This document shows, piece after piece, positions 58,207 through 64,000 of a DNA stretch of 64,000 nt (the first letter of the stretch is position 1; every line of letters starts with the position of its first letter). Below the pieces are notes generated by a model, which was not told where the DNA came from, ran no database searches, and saw nothing but the letters and a program-made list of their open reading frames with translations. Origin of the DNA: Promethearchaeota archaeon (GTDB lineage Archaea > Asgardarchaeota > Lokiarchaeia > Sigyniarchaeales > SOKP01). Both the position numbers and the translations under genes were made by a program. The stretch is taken from positions 121,937 through 185,936 of the forward strand of contig JBHLLU010000001.1 in NCBI GenBank assembly GCA_048938895.1. The letters are read 5' to 3'.

Positions 58207-59331
58207 TTATTTTACAATTTTAATTCGATTTTTTGATTTTTCTTTCACAATTTGAATGCCTATATTTGTAATCCTCTGTGCCAATTCAGAAATTCTCCAT
58301 TTTTCATGGGCTTTTACAAATGTAGAAAAAGTATCTTGGAGCGGATTCTTCCATTTAGCAGGAATTTTTTCCGCTCCTAGTTGAACTCCCAAAAGTGCTC
58401 CGATATTACCACAGTTACAATCAGTATCATATCCCATCATTGCTGCGATGCAAACTGATCGTCCAAATGGATCTTCTGTATCTTGAGCTCCATAAAGAAG
58501 TGAAAGTATTATTATTCCGATATTGGGTAAAGTGTGGATTTTCCCCATACCTGAATTTAAAACCAAAGATCTAACAAAATCCCTCTTAAATACTAAAGAT
58601 GATCCAATTACCTTGGGTACCATTTTTTTAATCCAAAATTCTTCAATAAGAATTTTTCGAGCCGCTCTAAAATCAGTCTTATTTTCCTCGTAAATACCAA
58701 TTGCTTTCAATACAGTTTCACTGAATAGACTCTCACTTTCTGGCGGGACATAATTAAGGGCGTTGTTAATATTCTTCCTTATATCTGACTCAAAAAATGC
58801 CTGTGAAATCAATACAGCAAGGAAAACTTCACCTTCAATACCCAATCCCGCATGAGAAATAGATCCATCTAATTCTGCGTACTCTTTTGCTATTTCCGGA
58901 CATCCCGGAGCTATTTGTCCCCATATATCCGCTCGCATCTGAGCACCTATAAAGTCATAATAGAAGTTATTGAGGATACCTGATTTAGGTGGTAATACTC
59001 CGGCTTCAAGATTATTATATGCGATTTTTTCAGCAGTAAAGATATTATCCTTTCTGCTAAGCAGATTTAACCATTCTTGACTAAGTTGTTGGGCGGTTAG
59101 ATTAATGCCATATTTCTCCATAGCGATTAATGCAACAATTTCATACATTTCATCATCGTTTACATGATCTAGATTAATTGTTTCTGGAAAATATGTTATA
59201 TCACCATATTTCTTCAAAATAGCTTCATAACGCCACGCCTCAACTGGTATGCCCACGAAATCTCCTGCAACTCTTCCTAACCAAGATCCAAAAACTTTAT
59301 TGTAATACTCTTTAGAACTTAATTCTATCAT
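58207..59331 (-). CDS. ADP-ribosylglycohydrolase (ARH/DraG) family protein
   Basis: GSWLGRVAGD, NDDE, IGAQMRAD, DGSISH, GYDTDCN. Confidence 0.88.
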   Translation of the reverse strand: MIELSSKEYYNKVFGSWLGRVAGDFVGIPVEAWRYEAILKKYGDITYFPETINLDHVNDDEMYEIVALIAMEKYGINLTAQQLSQEWLNLLSRKDNIFTAEKIAYNNLEAGVLPPKSGILNNFYYDFIGAQMRADIWGQIAPGCPEIAKEYAELDGSISHAGLGIEGEVFLAVLISQAFFESDIRKNINNALNYVPPESESLFSETVLKAIGIYEENKTDFRAARKILIEEFWIKKMVPKVIGSSLVFKRDFVRSLVLNSGMGKIHTLPNIGIIILSLLYGAQDTEDPFGRSVCIAAMMGYDTDCNCGNIGALLGVQLGAEKIPAKWKNPLQDTFSTFVKAHEKWRISELAQRITNIGIQIVKEKSKNRIKIVK

Positions 59332-59507
59332 AAAATACTCCTTTCATATTGTAATAAATAATATAAATTACCCTAAGGTAAAATTTCTGGTTGAAGTGTT
59401 ATATTCTTCCATTTAAGATATAATGCCTCCTTTTTGGGTGAAATACAATTCATTCATGGACTCTTCTGAAAAATTTAAAAAAATTTGATTTTAAATCTCT
59501 CTTGGTT

Positions 59508-60752
59508 CTACTTTGAATTTGATTCTATAAATTTCCTATCTTTATCAATGTAGTAAACCCAAGCATTACGAGACATTATACAATCATCGTTAGCTCCAAG
59601 TTTTTTTAATAATTCAATACGTAATTTCCGTGCATCAATATCTTCAGGCTTTGCCTGAATTAATATATCAAGGACTTCGAGTGCCAGTTGTGTTTGATCT
59701 TTGTTTAATAGTTCTCTTGCTCTCTTTAAAATTTTATCAGAGCTGCCAATAAGGTTAAAAGTCTCTCTCATAACTTCTTTTTCTGGACTTGGTAAAAGGT
59801 GAGCGGGATTATCATCAAAATAACCATGGTACCAGCGATATACATTGAATACAAAAAACTCTTTTCTTGAATATAATGGTCTTAAATATGGTACTTCAGC
59901 AAGATGATCTGGAAGCTTAATTTCATGTATCATTTCTGTTATATGAGTTCCTTTATTAATATGCTCAATTACTTGGTCATGTAGAGAATGTAAAGCTTCG
60001 ATGTTATAATCTATAATTATTCGTGCTTTTTCTCCTTTGTAGTAATAACCGGCTCCATTACAGAATAAATGCTCCGGATTAAGAGCTCTTACGTCTTCTA
60101 AAGCTTTGATCCAACCCAATACGAAACGCGTTGGTTTCCATGGATTTCCTACATTTGGTAATCCGGCAATTATTAGATCTCCTATAAATGCTGCTTTAAG
60201 TTCAGGAACATATACCCACACAGCATCATCAGTTTCAGCTCTAGCGGTGTGAAGTTCAAAGGTTTTATCCCCTAATTTTATTGTCATATCTCCAAGAAAT
60301 GTTTTAGTAGGGTAAACATATTTAGGAGTAACAACAACTTCTGGAACATTGAATTGTACAGCTCCAATATGGGCCCTGTGAGGTGCAAGCATCTCATATT
60401 TCTCAAATCGTTCAGGAAGGTATTTACTTGCGATAATTTCTGGATTATCTTTTAAATAGGCAGCAGCTCCTCCAGTATGATCACCATGTCCATGAGTATA
60501 AATAATAAATTTAATTGTTCCCTTGATTTTTTCGAACACCTTTCGTCCAACATCGATCCGAGATATTGTATCAATAAGTACGACACCTTCTGTAGTTTCT
60601 ACCCATGCACATCCAGCTATTGGAAGGATAGCAGTGTGTACATCCTTTATAGGATTGGTAAATCTTGCTTCTGGGGCACCTAAAATATGCCTTGCTTTTA
60701 TTTCACTCAATATTTTATATCCCCTATACTGATTGCTTATGATATTTGTCAA
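59508..60752 (-). CDS. MBL-fold hydrolase, alkyl sulfatase-like with dimerisation domain
   Basis: VLIDT, THGHGDH, ETDD, PNVGNP, YRWYHGYFDDNPAHL; TTG start. Confidence 0.85.
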   Translation of the reverse strand: MTNIISNQYRGYKILSEIKARHILGAPEARFTNPIKDVHTAILPIAGCAWVETTEGVVLIDTISRIDVGRKVFEKIKGTIKFIIYTHGHGDHTGGAAAYLKDNPEIIASKYLPERFEKYEMLAPHRAHIGAVQFNVPEVVVTPKYVYPTKTFLGDMTIKLGDKTFELHTARAETDDAVWVYVPELKAAFIGDLIIAGLPNVGNPWKPTRFVLGWIKALEDVRALNPEHLFCNGAGYYYKGEKARIIIDYNIEALHSLHDQVIEHINKGTHITEMIHEIKLPDHLAEVPYLRPLYSRKEFFVFNVYRWYHGYFDDNPAHLLPSPEKEVMRETFNLIGSSDKILKRARELLNKDQTQLALEVLDILIQAKPEDIDARKLRIELLKKLGANDDCIMSRNAWVYYIDKDRKFIESNSK

Positions 60753-60761
60753 AACTTAATA

Positions 60762-61787
60762 TTATTTTCTGTTTAATTCCTGGTTAATCTTCTCCCAAAC
60801 AACCTTTACTGGTAGGGGTTGATAAGGTCTTTTCTCAAATTGCTCCTTACATAGTTTATAGATAATTTGATTATAAGGAACTTCAATATTTACTAATTCT
60901 GCTAGGTTTAGTAGATATCCATTTAGAGATTCAAGCTCAGATCTGCTTCTCTGTCGCCGAATCATATCTTGAGACATACTATTCAGCCAAGCATATTTAG
61001 TACTCCCTTTAAAATTATTAACAGCTGCTTTTTTGTCAAGTTTTCTCCCAATTTCTATTACATCCCAGGAAAGTAAACCTCTTAATTCAAATTCTTTATA
61101 TCCTGCAGCTTTTACCACCTCTATACCCTCATAGTATGTATTTATAAGTATTTGCCATAGCATGTAAATTTCGTCTTCATCTTTAAGTTCTGAACTAATT
61201 AGCGTAAATACTGAATTTGCAAGGTTTATTATCAATTTTGAATGGGCAGCATCTTGAAAATTTTGTGTTGATCTTGTCGGGATAGCACCATTTAATATTT
61301 CAACGATTTTTTCAACAATATCTTGGTTCTCATTATTAGGGGTTCCGAGAGTTAGATGTCCTTTCCCTCTTGTACCAAAAACGCCAGGTTTATCACGCCA
61401 ACCTGATTGAACCACAACGCCATAAACAATTTTGGTGAAAAATTTTGGCAAAACATTTTGATTTTCAAAACCATTTTGTAATCCAACAACGATCGGTCTA
61501 TCCCCTAATTTTGTGAAAATATCACTGGCAACTTCCTCTAAATCATAATTTTTAACGGTAATAACCACGATATCAACTTCCGAAAGTTCATTCAATTCTT
61601 CGATGACATTTACAGGTATAGATTCTAATGGATTATCTCTTTCATAAAGGGTTAATCCATTAGATTTAAGTGCTTTAGCATTATCTCCTCGTGCTAATAA
61701 ATAGACATTATCATTCTTTTGCGATAGCCAATAACCTAAAACTGAACCGATCCCCCCAATTCCATATACTACTATAGTTTGTTCCAT
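60762..61787 (-). CDS. 2-dehydropantoate 2-reductase (PanE/ApbA) family
   Basis: GIGGIG, ITVKNYD, LQNG, KLIIN, SMSQD, SELESLNG. Confidence 0.85.
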   Translation of the reverse strand: MEQTIVVYGIGGIGSVLGYWLSQKNDNVYLLARGDNAKALKSNGLTLYERDNPLESIPVNVIEELNELSEVDIVVITVKNYDLEEVASDIFTKLGDRPIVVGLQNGFENQNVLPKFFTKIVYGVVVQSGWRDKPGVFGTRGKGHLTLGTPNNENQDIVEKIVEILNGAIPTRSTQNFQDAAHSKLIINLANSVFTLISSELKDEDEIYMLWQILINTYYEGIEVVKAAGYKEFELRGLLSWDVIEIGRKLDKKAAVNNFKGSTKYAWLNSMSQDMIRRQRSRSELESLNGYLLNLAELVNIEVPYNQIIYKLCKEQFEKRPYQPLPVKVVWEKINQELNRK

Positions 61788-61885
61788 TAAAAAAACCTCA
61801 TTTTATATAATTAATACCCAATATATCAGTTTAAAAGTATTAAAATTAGGACATAAAAAAATCTTTGTAAGGTCTAATTTTATTT

Positions 61886-63436
61886 CTAATCAATGACGAA
61901 AAAGAAATAGCGGTACATGTTTAAATTTGATTTTTGTTCTAATTCTAATTGTTTTTCTGTAAGTGAATTACGATCAATTGGATTGCCAGAAAAGATCATA
62001 TTAGAAGGAAGATAGATAGATCCTTGATAATTTGGATCCTCTAAACGAGCTTGCCAAGTATCAGTTAAAGCAACTGGAATGTTTGAGATACTGTTATTTT
62101 TCATATAAAGATAGGTCAATCTAGGTAATTTAATAATGCAATCTGGAATCTCAGTAAATTGATTATCATTCAGAATGAGAAATTCTAAGGATTCCAAGTC
62201 CTTAAAGGATTTAGGTAACTCTGAAAGAGTATTTGAACCAAGGTTGAGATATCTTAAATTTTTAAAATTTAAAATTTCGGACGGTGCCTCTGATAAACCT
62301 AAATTTACTAACGATAAAAGGATTATTTCTCCATTCAAAGCTACATAATGACAAGGAAATTTAGAAGCAGGGAATCCTTCATCTGGACGAAGCCAGGGGA
62401 GTCCATATAATTCACGCTTATTTGTTTCTTGCCCTGGATCTGCAGTAATTCTCTCGATTGTTCTTCCAAGTTGCTTTTGTATTACATCGAGTACTTCTTT
62501 CTCATCAGGCTTAAGTGGCTTATTCACCTGGGTAGCTAATTGCATTAATAATGGATAAGTTTTTATTTTAAACAATTGATTTTGGTCTAGCTTTCTTTTT
62601 TCTTGGTGATATTCATCGGAAAGTCTCTGGAAAGTTTTAGAGACTCTGTTTAAATACTCTGTCTCCTCACTCTTATCCATATATAGCTTCTGTTCACGGG
62701 TTGTAGGAAGTTTTCCCATCGCAATTTTCTTGAGAGTATTCATCGCAACACCTATATTAATCTTTGCAGCGCCTATGGTAAATTTTCCTAATGCTTTTGT
62801 TTTAGCGATAATATAGACATCATCCTTTTCCATTTTCTTCCTCAATAATAATAAAAAACCGAGATTTTGAGTTTTTGGTGCGCAGATCAAATGCTTTACA
62901 GAAATGTCTCTAATAAAATAATTATTATTTTCAAACTGAATTTCTTCTCTCTTACCTGATTTTTTCCAACTTTCTATAAATTGAATGAGCCCCTCGGTTG
63001 ATCCCCATCGCTCTGTTTTATACAAGACTTTAGTTGAATTTGCAAGTGCTACTGAATCAATATGTGGATTTGACTTTAAGAAGGTAGAAACCACTTTTTC
63101 AATATTCTTTAGATAGGATGAATCAACATTATGAATTGATGTTTTAGCTTTAAAATAATAACGAATTAAATTTAATATGGCATCAGAATAGTCTTCCCAC
63201 ACATCTGATTCAATCTGGTCATTCAAATATTCAATCCAAAACTTTGGAAGAGATATAATTATTTTTGATCTATTATACTTGCTACCACTTTTGATCTCTT
63301 TTCTCCACCTTGATAATGTGGTTTCAGATATTTTAAACTTCTCACTTGTGTCTTTGTATGTGTGTTTTCCCAGATAATCAAGGATATCTTTCTTTTCCTT
63401 AAATGAATATCTTCGCCCATGTTTTCTCTCACTCAT
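61886..63436 (-). CDS. multidomain protein: HTH + ribbon-helix-helix + profilin-like domain + leucine-rich repeats
   Basis: aa 7-48 RRYSFKEK...FKISETTLSRW; aa 57-95 IIISLP...YSDAILNLIR; aa ~110-240 profilin-like (VLYKTERW, FIESW, YFI, GFLL); C-terminal LxxLxLxxN repeats. Confidence 0.78.
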   Translation of the reverse strand: MSERKHGRRYSFKEKKDILDYLGKHTYKDTSEKFKISETTLSRWRKEIKSGSKYNRSKIIISLPKFWIEYLNDQIESDVWEDYSDAILNLIRYYFKAKTSIHNVDSSYLKNIEKVVSTFLKSNPHIDSVALANSTKVLYKTERWGSTEGLIQFIESWKKSGKREEIQFENNNYFIRDISVKHLICAPKTQNLGFLLLLRKKMEKDDVYIIAKTKALGKFTIGAAKINIGVAMNTLKKIAMGKLPTTREQKLYMDKSEETEYLNRVSKTFQRLSDEYHQEKRKLDQNQLFKIKTYPLLMQLATQVNKPLKPDEKEVLDVIQKQLGRTIERITADPGQETNKRELYGLPWLRPDEGFPASKFPCHYVALNGEIILLSLVNLGLSEAPSEILNFKNLRYLNLGSNTLSELPKSFKDLESLEFLILNDNQFTEIPDCIIKLPRLTYLYMKNNSISNIPVALTDTWQARLEDPNYQGSIYLPSNMIFSGNPIDRNSLTEKQLELEQKSNLNMYRYFFFVID

Positions 63437-63640
63437 ACAGATATAGAAGAAGTGTGCGTTTTTAAATATTTACTCCAACTCAGTGCTTGTAAAAAAGTTT
63501 CCCAAGTTAATTATTTAAAAATGTCTGTTATTTAAATAGAGGGATAATCTAGGTTCAAAATTAGTGATAAAATATTTACATTGCAAAAAATTTCTCCATT
63601 TAATTTATTAAGAATATAAATTCAAAGTGAATAGAAAAAA

Positions 63641-64000
63641 ATGGTAATAGAAACAAATATAACCAAAATGTTAGGGATTAAACACCCTATCATAGCTGCC
63701 CCAATGGGTCCCTTTTATACCACGGAGTTAACTATTGCAGTTTCAGAGGCGGGTGGGCTTGGTGTCTTAAGCCATAGTGCTTTACTAAGTGATTATCAAA
63801 AGGGGAGGAATCCTGTCCAAATTATGAAAGAAAATATGTTACAGGTTGTTGAGCATACCGATAAACCTTTTGGCTTTAATATAAGAACGTCACGTAGAGA
63901 AATAGCCGCCCCACAATTAGCTACGGAAATTCCAAAATTAATAATGGAAAATCAAAGGTTAAAGGAACAATGTATTTATGCTATTACAAGTGCTGGATCT
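63641..64000 (+). CDS. FabK / nitronate monooxygenase family flavoprotein, partial; close paralog of 44972-46021
   Basis: Hand translation MVIETNITKMLGIKHPIIAAPMGPFYTTELTIAVSEAGGLG...CIYAITSAGS, open to the right edge. Confidence 0.9.
   Translation, partial: MVIETNITKMLGIKHPIIAAPMGPFYTTELTIAVSEAGGLGVLSHSALLSDYQKGRNPVQIMKENMLQVVEHTDKPFGFNIRTSRREIAAPQLATEIPKLIMENQRLKEQCIYAITSAGS

Noticed and set aside
59365-59460. Two tiny minus-strand ORFs (MNELYFTQKGGIIS, MEEYNTSTRNFTLG), one after GGAGG
   Set aside because: 14 codons each with no recognisable homology; cannot be distinguished from chance
575-60732. Numerous short ORFs in the track overlapping longer genes (e.g. 575-775, 1222-1731, 3328-3594, 6821-7158, 30903-31166, 50609-50911, 52166-52908, 60477-60732)
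   Set aside because: Antisense or alternate-frame shadows of well-supported genes, with no recognisable motifs
63290-63436. Transposase-like HTH at the start of the 516-aa ORF, suggesting an IS element
   Set aside because: No DDE or other catalytic domain, terminal inverted repeats or target duplication; the HTH is part of a multidomain protein
1-64000. CRISPR arrays, tRNA/rRNA genes, integrases or prophage genes
   Set aside because: No regularly spaced short repeats, GC-rich structured RNA stretches or mobile-element genes seen; the only repeats are within coding paralogs

Overview
AT-rich (roughly one-third GC by eye), gene-dense archaeal DNA, most likely from an Asgard archaeon of the Lokiarchaeia/Promethearchaeota. 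Evidence: two surface proteins ending in a Loki-CTERM-like IPG-TM-basic tail, an Asgard-type profilin-like domain, Loki-style LRRs, oligo-T terminators and frequent TTG/GTG starts. The window is a lipid/acyl-CoA metabolism region. It holds 4 thiolases, 5 crotonase-family proteins, an SDR plus MaoC hydratase pair, 3 FabK/nitronate-monooxygenase-family flavoproteins, 2 acyl-CoA ligases, 3 tandem type-B carboxylesterases and an SCP2-like protein. It also holds a Dpp/Opp-type ABC importer and three cytoplasmic DMSO-reductase-family molybdoenzymes with Fe-S partners. Most notable observations: (1) an AbrB/MazE-type DNA-binding domain fused to an apparently catalytically dead acyl-CoA ligase, with a TTAC-N4-GTAA palindrome in three flanking intergenic regions (candidate one-component carboxylate/acyl-CoA sensor and its regulon); (2) a winged-helix domain fused to an intact FATP-type ligase; (3) an HTH + ribbon-helix-helix + profilin-like + LRR protein; (4) a thiolase with all three catalytic residues substituted, in tandem with an intact paralog; (5) a DmsB-like subunit with a whole GltD/NfnB-type flavoprotein inserted inside a 4Fe-4S motif. 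No rRNA, tRNA, CRISPR array or intact mobile element was seen. All calls come from motif recognition by eye; no database searches were run.
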